Source of the DNA: Pedobacter sp. | GTDB taxonomy: Bacteria > Bacteroidota > Bacteroidia > Sphingobacteriales > Sphingobacteriaceae | Direction: 5' to 3' | DNA: 64,000 bases | Assembly: GCF_045627485.1 (NCBI RefSeq) | Contig: NZ_JAZQNU010000050.1 | Location: forward strand, 1,031-65,030 | Part shown: positions 9,431-18,231 of the stretch, in pieces | Numbering within the stretch: the stretch's first letter is position 1 | Layout: each line of letters starts with the position of its first letter | Notes under the pieces: model-generated | The model's database searches: none | Told to the model about the DNA's origin: nothing | The model's input: only the letters and a program-made list of their open reading frames with translations | Position numbers and translations under genes: made by a program

Positions 9431-11136
9431 GTAACCTGGATTGGGCAGTACTGATTTGTACCCTTTTATTTATCGTGGTATATGGTATTTATAAGAGTCG
9501 GGGTGCGGAAAATATTCAGGGGTACTTGTTAGGCAACCAAACCATGCCATGGTACAGCGTATGTTTGTCGGTAATGGCTACCCAGGCCAGTGCAATCACC
9601 TTTTTATCTGCACCAGGGTTGGGGTATTCGGCGGGAATGAGTTTCGTTCAATTTTACCTTGGTTTGCCACTGGCCATGATTGTGCTCTGCGTAACTTTTG
9701 TGCCTATCTTTCATCGGCTAAAAGTCTATACGGCCTATGAATACCTCGAACAGCGCTTTGATTTAAAGACACGGGCATTAACTGCTTTCCTGTTTTTAAT
9801 TCAACGGGGTTTGTCTACAGGTATCACCATCTATGCACCATCCATTATTTTATCTATAATTCTGAATATCAACCCTGTATACACCACCATTTTCATCGGC
9901 AGTATAGTGGTGTTATATACTGTTTATGGGGGTACAAAGGCAGTATCCTATACACAAATGTTGCAAATGGCCATTATATTTTGTGGGTTGTTTGCCGCTG
10001 GTGTCATCGTTGTTCAACTGTTACCCTCCAGTGTTGGCTTCGGCAAGGCAATTAGCATTGCCGGCAAAATGGGGCGTACGGAAGCTATTAATTTTGATTT
10101 CGACTGGAATAATCGTTACACTCTGTGGAGCGGTTTAATCGGAGGTTTTTTCCTGCAATTATCTTATTTCGGTACCGACCAGAGCCAGGTAGGAAGATAC
10201 CTCACCGGATCGTCGGTAGGGCAGAGCCGCATGGGATTACTCATGAACGGACTAGTTAAAATACCGATGCAGTTTTTGATCCTGCTCATCGGGGTGCTTG
10301 TTTTTACGTTTTACCAATACACCAAACCTCCCGTGTTTTTTAACCGCTTTGAGCTTAATAAACTGGAGAAAAGTGCTTATGCACCCGAGTTGGATGCTAT
10401 TAAGGCCGAGCACCAACAGGTGTTCCAGGTGAAACAGCAGGAGCTGGATAAACTCGGACTTGCTATTGACCAGGGGAATGAGCGTCACATTGATGCACAA
10501 AGAACCCTGCTTGCAGCTGCAGATGCAAAAGAGAAAGAAGTGCGTAAGAAAGCTACCGACCTGATGTTGAAGAATGATCCCAACGCCGATGTTAACGATA
10601 ACAATTATATCTTTCTGAGCTTTGTTACCGAATACCTTCCTAAAGGATTAATAGGTTTATTAATTGCCATAATCTTTCTAGCTTCCATGGGGTCTACTGC
10701 AAGTGCTTTAAATTCACTTGCTTCCACCAGTGTGATTGATATTTATAAACGACTGATTATAAAGGAAGGATCAGATGAGCATTACCTGAAAGCATCGCGC
10801 TGGCTTACATTTTTCTGGGGTGTTGTGTGTATTTTGATGGCACTTTATGCCAGTAAAATTGGTAATCTGATTGAAGCGGTGAATGTATTGGGCTCTTATA
10901 TCTACGGAACAATCCTCGGTGTGTTTCTGGTCGCTTTTTATATAAAACATGTAAACGGCCGGGCAGTATTTTTGGCTGCAGTGCTATCCGAAATCACAGT
11001 GTGCATTTTCGGTTACCTGGAGGTGGTGGCTTACCTGTGGCTTAACATTATCGGCTGTTTATTAGTGGTGGTTTTATCGCTGCTGATGCAGGGGCTGTTG
11101 AAAAAGCCTGCTCCAATTGTAGAAAAAAGCGTCTAA
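9427..11136 (+). CDS. Sodium:solute symporter (SSS/SLC5) family
   Basis: ATQASAITF, TAYEYLEQRF, YFGTDQSQVGRYL, ASMGSTASALNSLA; about 13 TM segments. Confidence 0.95.
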   Translation: MSNLDWAVLICTLLFIVVYGIYKSRGAENIQGYLLGNQTMPWYSVCLSVMATQASAITFLSAPGLGYSAGMSFVQFYLGLPLAMIVLCVTFVPIFHRLKVYTAYEYLEQRFDLKTRALTAFLFLIQRGLSTGITIYAPSIILSIILNINPVYTTIFIGSIVVLYTVYGGTKAVSYTQMLQMAIIFCGLFAAGVIVVQLLPSSVGFGKAISIAGKMGRTEAINFDFDWNNRYTLWSGLIGGFFLQLSYFGTDQSQVGRYLTGSSVGQSRMGLLMNGLVKIPMQFLILLIGVLVFTFYQYTKPPVFFNRFELNKLEKSAYAPELDAIKAEHQQVFQVKQQELDKLGLAIDQGNERHIDAQRTLLAAADAKEKEVRKKATDLMLKNDPNADVNDNNYIFLSFVTEYLPKGLIGLLIAIIFLASMGSTASALNSLASTSVIDIYKRLIIKEGSDEHYLKASRWLTFFWGVVCILMALYASKIGNLIEAVNVLGSYIYGTILGVFLVAFYIKHVNGRAVFLAAVLSEITVCIFGYLEVVAYLWLNIIGCLLVVVLSLLMQGLLKKPAPIVEKSV

Positions 11137-11158
11137 ACTATTTTTAATAACCGCTGTT
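11135..11158 (+). promoter_or_regulatory. AAC-N16-TGTT element (putative ECF-sigma promoter)
   Basis: AAAC-tatttttaataaccgc-TGTTTTAA, 34 nt upstream of the DUF4142 gene. Confidence 0.55.
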
Positions 11159-11192
11159 TTAACAGGAAGTTTAACCTGAAAAAATATAACTT

Positions 11193-11801
11193 ATGAAAAA
11201 AATTAGTTTAGCTGTATTGGCCCTTGCCTTGTGTGCCACCCAAGCATGCCAGAGTCCGGAGAACAGATCCGCAGAAGCGCATGAGTCGGATTCTATGATT
11301 GTAAATGAAAATAAAAACGAAAAAAAAGCCGGTACCGAGAATCATGCTGGTAATATTACCAACAAAACCAACGCCGACGACGATAGCGCCGGTTTTATGA
11401 AAGACGCTGCTGGAGCTGGAATGATGGAGGTTGTTTTCGGTGAGATGGCGGTTAAAAAAGCCAGTAACCCTAAGGTAAAGGCTTTTGCAGAGCAGATGGT
11501 GAAGGATCATAGCAAAGCCAACAAAGAGTTAGCAATAATTGCTGAGAAGGCTAGTGTCTTACTACCTGCAGACTTACACCCTGACCATAAGAAACATTAT
11601 CAACAGATGTCGAAGTTATCGGGTGCTGCGTTTGATAAGGAGTATATGCAAATGATGGTGAATGACCATCAAAAAGCAGTTGAACTTTTTAAGTATGGTC
11701 AGGATGTAAATAAACATGACCTTGTAGCCTTTGCCAAAGAAACGTTGCCAGTAATTCAACAACATCATGCACAGGCAAAAACGATATTAGGAAGTTTATA
11801 A
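11193..11801 (+). CDS. DUF4142 domain lipoprotein (ferritin-like helical bundle)
   Basis: Signal peptide with Cys; MMEV..GEMA..KASNPKVKAFAEQMVKDHSKAN, FDKEYMQMMVNDH, TLPVIQQH. Confidence 0.9.
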   Translation: MKKISLAVLALALCATQACQSPENRSAEAHESDSMIVNENKNEKKAGTENHAGNITNKTNADDDSAGFMKDAAGAGMMEVVFGEMAVKKASNPKVKAFAEQMVKDHSKANKELAIIAEKASVLLPADLHPDHKKHYQQMSKLSGAAFDKEYMQMMVNDHQKAVELFKYGQDVNKHDLVAFAKETLPVIQQHHAQAKTILGSL

Positions 11802-11822
11802 AAATAAGTCCTTTTTTATGGC

Positions 11823-11857
11823 ACAAGGCTAACACCATTTTTAGGGTTAGCCTTTGT
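11823..11857. terminator. Probable terminator hairpin between convergent genes
   Basis: ACAAGGCTAAC..GTTAGCCTTTGT inverted repeat. Confidence 0.6.
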
Positions 11858-11869
11858 CATTTATAGCGT

Positions 11870-14509
11870 TTATGGTTTATGAATAGGTAGCGAAAAATAA
11901 AAGCAGGAACCTTTATTTTCTTCACTCGTTACCCAGATCCTGCCACCCGTACGTTTAATTATCTCCGCTGATATGTACAGGCCTAAACCTACACCTGGGA
12001 AAGTATGTTGTTTTTCTGTGCTTACGCGGTAAAACTGCTCAAATACTTTAAACTGATTTGATTTGGAGATGCCGACACCGAAATCTTGTATACTCACCAC
12101 AATTTCTTCGTCTATTTGTTCGCAGCGGATGATCACTTGGTCGCTTTCTGGAGAATATTTAATTGCATTGGTAATCAGGTTAATAACTACTTGTTCAATT
12201 CGGTCCTTGTCGGCGTATACAGTTCCCGTAGGCTTATAAATTTCTTTCAGGTGGTGTTTGCTGCTGGTGCGCTGAAGGTCTTCTACCAGCTCTGATAACA
12301 TGGGCTGTAGTTCAAATTCCTGGCTGTTGTATTGTAATTTACCTGAGTTGATTTTAGTAACATCAAGCAGGTCGTTAATTAAACTTGTTAAGCGATTGAG
12401 CTGCGCATCCATTTTTTGCATCATGCTCACTTCCATATCCAGACCCTTTTTATTAAGCACACGTGCCATCACCTGCGTGTAGCCTTTTAAGCTGGTTACA
12501 GGGGTTTTTAATTCATGACTCGCAATGCCAATAAAGTTATCTTTTTGGTTTTGTAATTCTTTATGTTCCGTGATATCGGTGCATGAACCTATGAGACCTG
12601 TAAATACACCATGTTCCCTATATTGGGGGTCGCCGATGGCCACACACCAGTGAAGTTTTCCTACTCGATCTATAATTCTAAACTCAACTTCAAATTGTAT
12701 GCGTTCCACGATGGAGGTTTCAAAGCGCGATTTTACCAGTGCACGATCTTCTCCATGTATGGCGTCGATCCATCCATCGCCTAAATTGTCTTCGAAAGTA
12801 TTGTTGCACCAGTCTGTCCAGGTTTCATTTACATAAATCATGTTTCCCTGTTCGTCCGACATCCATAAGGCTGTTGGTGATGCGGAAGTGATGTTTCTTA
12901 ACAGTTCTTCGCTGTCGGCAAGTGCTTGTTTAGCCATCATTTCAGGTCTGAGATCCCGCATCACAATACCTACGCCAATAGGTTTTGCAGTATTACTATC
13001 CGAAATGCGTATGCAAGTAGTCGACACAGGAAACACTTCGCCGGAGGCATTGTGGATAACTTTCATATTGCCTGTCCACATTCCCTTCCGTAGTACGGCA
13101 GGAAGCACTTCACGTTTAATCAGGTCATAATCTTCAGCGCTGTAAAACTCAGAGATCGGTGTATTGATGGCCTGGGTTAGCGATGTAAAGCCTAACATCT
13201 TAATTCCCGCTGCATTAATATATGAATTTGACCCATCGAGATTCAGGATAGACATCAGGTCCACCCCGTTTTCCACCAGGGTAATCAATTTCTTTTGTTG
13301 CTCTTTATCTCTTTTTTGCGTGGTAATGTCAAGTAAGGTCCCTATTATTCGAATTGGGTTTACTTTTTTGTCGTAAATCACTTTCCCTTCCACCCGAATC
13401 CAGTGGATAGATTTATCGTTCCAGATTATCCGCGCTTCATAATTCATGCTGCCATTTTCGATAGCATATTCATGTGCTTTCCTTCTGATTAACAAGTCGT
13501 CAGGATGGAAAGCTTTTACATACTCTTCACGGCTAACCGGGTGATCGAAACCAAATATCGCTGCAAAGCGTTGAGAGGTAATCATTTCTCCATTTAGGAT
13601 GTTAAGGTCGAAAATACCAAGGTCAACCACATCGGCAGCAAGTCGGGCACGTTCTTCTGCCTCCTCCAGTTTATGCATGAAATGCACTTGTTCCGTTACT
13701 TCTATAGCTACGGCGATGACTCCAGAAATCGTGTTATGATCGTTATAAAATGGATGATAAGCAAAATCTACATAGACTTTCTCCAATATACCGTTTCTGA
13801 TCAGTGGGATTTCGACATTTTTACCTTCATAATGTTCTCCGGTTTTTCGTACATGGTCTAAGGCTTCTTCAAAACCTAATCCTTTCGCTTGTACCAACAC
13901 GTCAAAAATAGGTTTACCGTGAAGTTCATCGATCGATTTTCCATAAATGGCACTCAGCGCAGGATTAACCATATCTACAACGAAATCAGGTCCTAAAAAA
14001 ATGCCGATACCTACTGGCGCCTGTGTAAAAACTGAATACAGTTGTTTTCTCTGTTTTTTAAGGGCATCGATTCCAGCTTTAGCTTTTATTTCCAGGTAGT
14101 AGTGTGCGGTAACGTCTTGTGGAGAATGTATAAAATATGCCACTTCGCCATTGTCATTCAAGATCGGTGTGTTTGTTGATGTCCAGTAACGCTCTTCAAA
14201 TTCAGCGTTCCCTGAAATTGGAATGTCGTACCGATAATTACGCAGTGTGTGCGGTTTCTTGGTTTTAATCATCTCTTCAAAAGAAAGAACTGTTCGTTCG
14301 ATGCTCCTGGAGGTGCTGTCTGTAGGGTTCTGAGGGAAAACAGTGAATACCGGCTGGCCAATTAAAGCTTCACGTGTGCTGTTAGTAGAGGCAAGGTACG
14401 CATCATTAACATCTAAAATGGTATAATGCGGAGCATCAGCGCATAGAATTAATTTTGCTACGTTGCTTTTATAAAATATGGCTTTATATCCTTCTTCCGG
14501 AATATTCAT
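11870..14509 (-). CDS. Cytoplasmic multi-PAS/PAC sensor histidine kinase (orphan)
   Basis: Several PAS/PAC repeats, H-box ASHELKTPVTSL, N-box NLITNAIKYS, G-boxes DFGVGI and GVGLGLYI. No TM segments and no adjacent response regulator. Confidence 0.93.
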   Translation of the reverse strand: MNIPEEGYKAIFYKSNVAKLILCADAPHYTILDVNDAYLASTNSTREALIGQPVFTVFPQNPTDSTSRSIERTVLSFEEMIKTKKPHTLRNYRYDIPISGNAEFEERYWTSTNTPILNDNGEVAYFIHSPQDVTAHYYLEIKAKAGIDALKKQRKQLYSVFTQAPVGIGIFLGPDFVVDMVNPALSAIYGKSIDELHGKPIFDVLVQAKGLGFEEALDHVRKTGEHYEGKNVEIPLIRNGILEKVYVDFAYHPFYNDHNTISGVIAVAIEVTEQVHFMHKLEEAEERARLAADVVDLGIFDLNILNGEMITSQRFAAIFGFDHPVSREEYVKAFHPDDLLIRRKAHEYAIENGSMNYEARIIWNDKSIHWIRVEGKVIYDKKVNPIRIIGTLLDITTQKRDKEQQKKLITLVENGVDLMSILNLDGSNSYINAAGIKMLGFTSLTQAINTPISEFYSAEDYDLIKREVLPAVLRKGMWTGNMKVIHNASGEVFPVSTTCIRISDSNTAKPIGVGIVMRDLRPEMMAKQALADSEELLRNITSASPTALWMSDEQGNMIYVNETWTDWCNNTFEDNLGDGWIDAIHGEDRALVKSRFETSIVERIQFEVEFRIIDRVGKLHWCVAIGDPQYREHGVFTGLIGSCTDITEHKELQNQKDNFIGIASHELKTPVTSLKGYTQVMARVLNKKGLDMEVSMMQKMDAQLNRLTSLINDLLDVTKINSGKLQYNSQEFELQPMLSELVEDLQRTSSKHHLKEIYKPTGTVYADKDRIEQVVINLITNAIKYSPESDQVIIRCEQIDEEIVVSIQDFGVGISKSNQFKVFEQFYRVSTEKQHTFPGVGLGLYISAEIIKRTGGRIWVTSEENKGSCFYFSLPIHKP

Positions 14510-14618
14510 TGGATCGACTTATAATGAAAATGCAGTTACAAAGCTAAATTAGAGTTTTATTTACTTTTTCGTGTAATATTGCAATCTGATTTAATGAAAT
14601 TTATGGAACCAAGGTGCA

Positions 14619-15839
14619 ATGAGAATTAGTGCTATTCTCCAAATTTATGAAGAGGCGTTTACCGGCCTGAGCAGGGAAACTTGGTTGTTGAGCATCGTAA
14701 TGCTCATTAACCGTAGTAGTTACATGGCAGTGCCCTTTATGAGCCTGTATGTTACCCAGTTTTTACACCGGCCGGCCTCTGATGCCGGGTTGATCATTAC
14801 CTTGTTTGGTGCAGGCTCTATCCTAGGTGCCATGGCAGGAGGCAAGTTTACAGACATGTTTGGCTTCCGTGCTGTACAAATTTTTAGCACCATAGCCGGC
14901 GGTGCCCTTTTCATTTTTTTCTCCACTATTCGACATTTCGAGACCTTGTGTTTTCTGACCCTAGTGATTAGCTTCTTTTCTGAAGCCTTCCGGCCAGCAA
15001 ACTTTGCTGCTATTGCCAGTTATGCCGCACCAGGAACCGAAACTAGATCTTACTCCCTCAACCGACTGTCAGTAAACTTGGGTTGGGCAGTTGGAAGCAG
15101 TATCGGAGGTATCATAGCTTCCTTTAATTACCAACTGTTATTTATTGTAGATGGTTCAGTAGGTATCTTTTCCGGCCTGGCCATTATGTATTGGTTGCCA
15201 GTAGTTAAAGGTTATAGAAAAACGATTAAAGAAAAATTAAAAGGAATTGTAGTGCGTATGCCCTGGCAAGATTCCCTATTCATCAAGTTTATCCTGCTTA
15301 ATACCTTTTTCACGACCTGCTTTTTTCTTATGTTCCGGGTAGTGCCACTTTTTTTTAAGGAGGTGTGGCACCTCAATGAAGCCCTCATTGGTCTTGTATT
15401 AGGACTTAACGGATTAATCATCGCGGCCTTTGAAATGGTGTTAATCAACAAAATTGAAAATAAACGGTCACCAATGTATTATATCATTTTGGGTGTATTA
15501 CTGGTTGCCGCTTCTTACCTGTTATTATTGGTTCCGAAAAGTGCACCTCTTATTCTTGCATTGCTCTGTACCGTCATCTTTACTTTCGGTGAAATGCTTT
15601 CCTTGCCCTTTATCAATACTTTTGTCATCAGTCGCAGTAATGAATTCAATCGGGGTCAATACGCTGCAGGCTATACTTTAAGCTGGTCGGCAGCCCAACT
15701 TATTGGTCCAACTGCCGGTTTTTTTCTTGCAGAAAAAAGTGGGTATGGCGTATTATGGGTGGTTTTGGCTGGGCTGCTGGTATTATGTGCCTTAGGCTTC
15801 AGCAGGTTAGTGATGCCGAAAACTTATGTGCACGCTTAA
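14619..15839 (+). CDS. MFS transporter
   Basis: 12-TM pattern, GGKFTDMFGFR motif-A variant, SNEFNRGQYAAGY. Confidence 0.92.
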   Translation: MRISAILQIYEEAFTGLSRETWLLSIVMLINRSSYMAVPFMSLYVTQFLHRPASDAGLIITLFGAGSILGAMAGGKFTDMFGFRAVQIFSTIAGGALFIFFSTIRHFETLCFLTLVISFFSEAFRPANFAAIASYAAPGTETRSYSLNRLSVNLGWAVGSSIGGIIASFNYQLLFIVDGSVGIFSGLAIMYWLPVVKGYRKTIKEKLKGIVVRMPWQDSLFIKFILLNTFFTTCFFLMFRVVPLFFKEVWHLNEALIGLVLGLNGLIIAAFEMVLINKIENKRSPMYYIILGVLLVAASYLLLLVPKSAPLILALLCTVIFTFGEMLSLPFINTFVISRSNEFNRGQYAAGYTLSWSAAQLIGPTAGFFLAEKSGYGVLWVVLAGLLVLCALGFSRLVMPKTYVHA

Positions 15840-15962
15840 AGTGCCGGTCTGAAATTTCTGTAAAAGAAAACGGGGATATTCCGTCCGAAATACCCCCGCT
15901 TAAATTAACGCTCTCGGTATTAAAAACGCAGGCATATTGCTCTTATTGTGTACACATGAAAA

Positions 15963-16442
15963 TTATTTTGGATCGTTTCTTTCTTTCCTCAAAAAGAAGT
16001 ATTCTGCTTGGTGGTCCAGGTAGTGCTGGAAATCTGCTGAGGCCTGAAGGTCAGGGGGAGATTTCTTAAATTCTTCCGGACTAATAAATTCCCAGGTCAA
16101 CTCATCTTCATTTTCAACTTTGTGTAAGCGTATTGGAAAATGCATTACATGTTGTTCCAGGAATGATCTTTTGCTTTCTGCCCAGGCATTACTGTCTCCC
16201 AGGTTTACCGGCCAGGTGTATAGTTTATGAGCTTCCCTGCTATTTACCCCATCATAAACAAAATGCGACATTTTAGAGATCAGATCTGTTATTTTAAGTG
16301 TTTCGATTGAACCGGTAGTGTGGTCATCATCTTCTGCAATAACCAGTGCCCTAGCTGTAAAGTAAGGGACGTTGGTTTCCGGGTCTTTTTTTTGTTGCAG
16401 GCTGTCGGTAAAGACTAGTTTACCTTTTTTGAACAAAGTCAT
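15963..16442 (-). CDS. Hypothetical protein
   Basis: 159-aa ORF with normal composition, 22 nt downstream of a co-directional ORF. Confidence 0.75.
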   Translation of the reverse strand: MTLFKKGKLVFTDSLQQKKDPETNVPYFTARALVIAEDDDHTTGSIETLKITDLISKMSHFVYDGVNSREAHKLYTWPVNLGDSNAWAESKRSFLEQHVMHFPIRLHKVENEDELTWEFISPEEFKKSPPDLQASADFQHYLDHQAEYFFLRKERNDPK

Positions 16443-16464
16443 CTGGTAGTGAATTTAAATTAAA

Positions 16465-16869
16465 TTAGGATATCAATCTTTCTTTTTCTTCCTCCTCTAT
16501 CGCGAGTTCTTCCTTTTTTACAATTATCTTCTCTTTTTTTAGGTCGATGCGGATAATGTTATATAAGCTCATGTAAATGTTCGCAATCCACACCAACGAA
16601 AACCCTGCAATCAGGTAACCACGCCAGTCGGTGAGGTATAATTGGTAACCTGTAATCAGCAACATGAAGAGGGTTACATAGTGGCTAAAACAATATTCAC
16701 AGGTGAGCATGTAGAAGAATTTTCTTTTAATCAGTTTTCTTTCTTCCCTCGAACGTTTTACACAATAGGTTCGAGGTTCACGGAAAACTTCTTCATGTGT
16801 CACCGTCCACGAAATACAGGCAATCGGGATGGCGAGGATAAACAGCCAGTATATTGGTTCTTCTTGCAT
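16465..16869 (-). CDS. DUF1360-like membrane protein with CxxC
   Basis: TM segments, EEVFREPR and LTCEYCFSHY resemble the DUF1360 pattern. Confidence 0.65.
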   Translation of the reverse strand: MQEEPIYWLFILAIPIACISWTVTHEEVFREPRTYCVKRSREERKLIKRKFFYMLTCEYCFSHYVTLFMLLITGYQLYLTDWRGYLIAGFSLVWIANIYMSLYNIIRIDLKKEKIIVKKEELAIEEEEKERLIS

Positions 16870-16993
16870 TTGGTTATTACAACCTTTATCCGTGTTTTGT
16901 TTTTTAAACAGCAGATGTTATGCATGATATCCCTGCCGTGTGGCCTTCCGTAATATATGTATTCGAGGAGAAATAAATAGAACATTCGTCGCA

Positions 16994-18052
16994 CTAGCCA
17001 ACAACAATGTGTGTATTATTAGCTGTGGGATGTCCGGTGCAGGTTAATACCCTTCCGTTTTTTATTTCTTCATCCGTTAACACCTCATTATATTCCATTC
17101 TCACACCTCCAGAAATACAAGTAGAAGTACAGGTACTGCACATGCCGGCCCTGCAGCTATAAGGCAGATTAATATTTTGCTCCAAAGCCACATCTAGGAT
17201 CCTTTTATGGTAAGGGACATCCAAATGGTAGGTTTTATTCTGGTAGTCGATAATTACTGTATAAGTATTGGTGTCCTTTGGCGCCTTTTCTGTCATGTCA
17301 TCCTCATCCACTTCATCTTCCGGGATAAAATAAGTCTCCCGTTTAATCTGGTCCTGAGGGAAACCAAGTGCGCGCAGGGTAATTCGGCATAGCACCATAT
17401 AATTAATTGGCCCGCAAGTGTAAAACAAGGCATGTGTTTTATCGAACTCCATATAGGTGTTTACAATATGTTCAATGCGCACATTGTTTAATCGCGCTTT
17501 AAGGAGGTTCTTGGTGTCACTAAAGATGTAAATTACTTTCAGGCGGTCGGGATATTCTTCTTCCCATGTTTTTAGTTCATCATAAAACAGTGTGTTGCTT
17601 ACAGTTTTATTGCTGTAAACTAATACAATTTTTGATTGTTCCTCTGCCACTAAGGCTGTTTTTAATATGGAATATATGGGAGTGATGCCAATGCCTGCGG
17701 CAAATAAAAACACCGTTCGTTTTAAAGCTGGCTGAGGCGAATAGGTGAAAATACCACTGGGGTGTAAGGCATGGAGCACATCGCCTACACCAATTTTATG
17801 GTGTAGGAATTTGGTGATTTCACCATTCTCTACCAGTTTAACGCCGATCGCAAGTGGTTCGTCAAGGAAAGGGGAGCTGCAAATGGAATAGGAGCGACGA
17901 ATTTCTTTACCGTTTATATTAAATGAAAAGACTAAAAACTGTCCGGGTAGATAAGTAATCCGCTCACCGTTTTCTGCTTCAAATTTTATGACGACGTTCT
18001 CACCAGGCATTAGCTGGTGGTCGATGATTTTAAGTGCGGTGGTCTTTGTCAT
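16994..18052 (-). CDS. FAD/NAD(P)-binding oxidoreductase with C-terminal 2Fe-2S ferredoxin (PaaE/Hcr-like)
   Basis: RSYSICS, AAGIGITP, YTCGP, and CRAGMCSTC..C ferredoxin motif. Confidence 0.93.
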   Translation of the reverse strand: MTKTTALKIIDHQLMPGENVVIKFEAENGERITYLPGQFLVFSFNINGKEIRRSYSICSSPFLDEPLAIGVKLVENGEITKFLHHKIGVGDVLHALHPSGIFTYSPQPALKRTVFLFAAGIGITPIYSILKTALVAEEQSKIVLVYSNKTVSNTLFYDELKTWEEEYPDRLKVIYIFSDTKNLLKARLNNVRIEHIVNTYMEFDKTHALFYTCGPINYMVLCRITLRALGFPQDQIKRETYFIPEDEVDEDDMTEKAPKDTNTYTVIIDYQNKTYHLDVPYHKRILDVALEQNINLPYSCRAGMCSTCTSTCISGGVRMEYNEVLTDEEIKNGRVLTCTGHPTANNTHIVVG

Positions 18053-18231
18053 ACTTTATTCTCTTTACACGCTAGCGTATCACATCAATGCAAAGATCGT
18101 GATCACAATCAAATAATCGAAACGTTTTAATACCAAGAAACATATAATCTAAAAATTAATTTTGTTAAATGTTGTTAAAATTGTTTAAGCGATGAAATTT
18201 AATAATACCTTAGGTCTAAGATCTATTTTCT

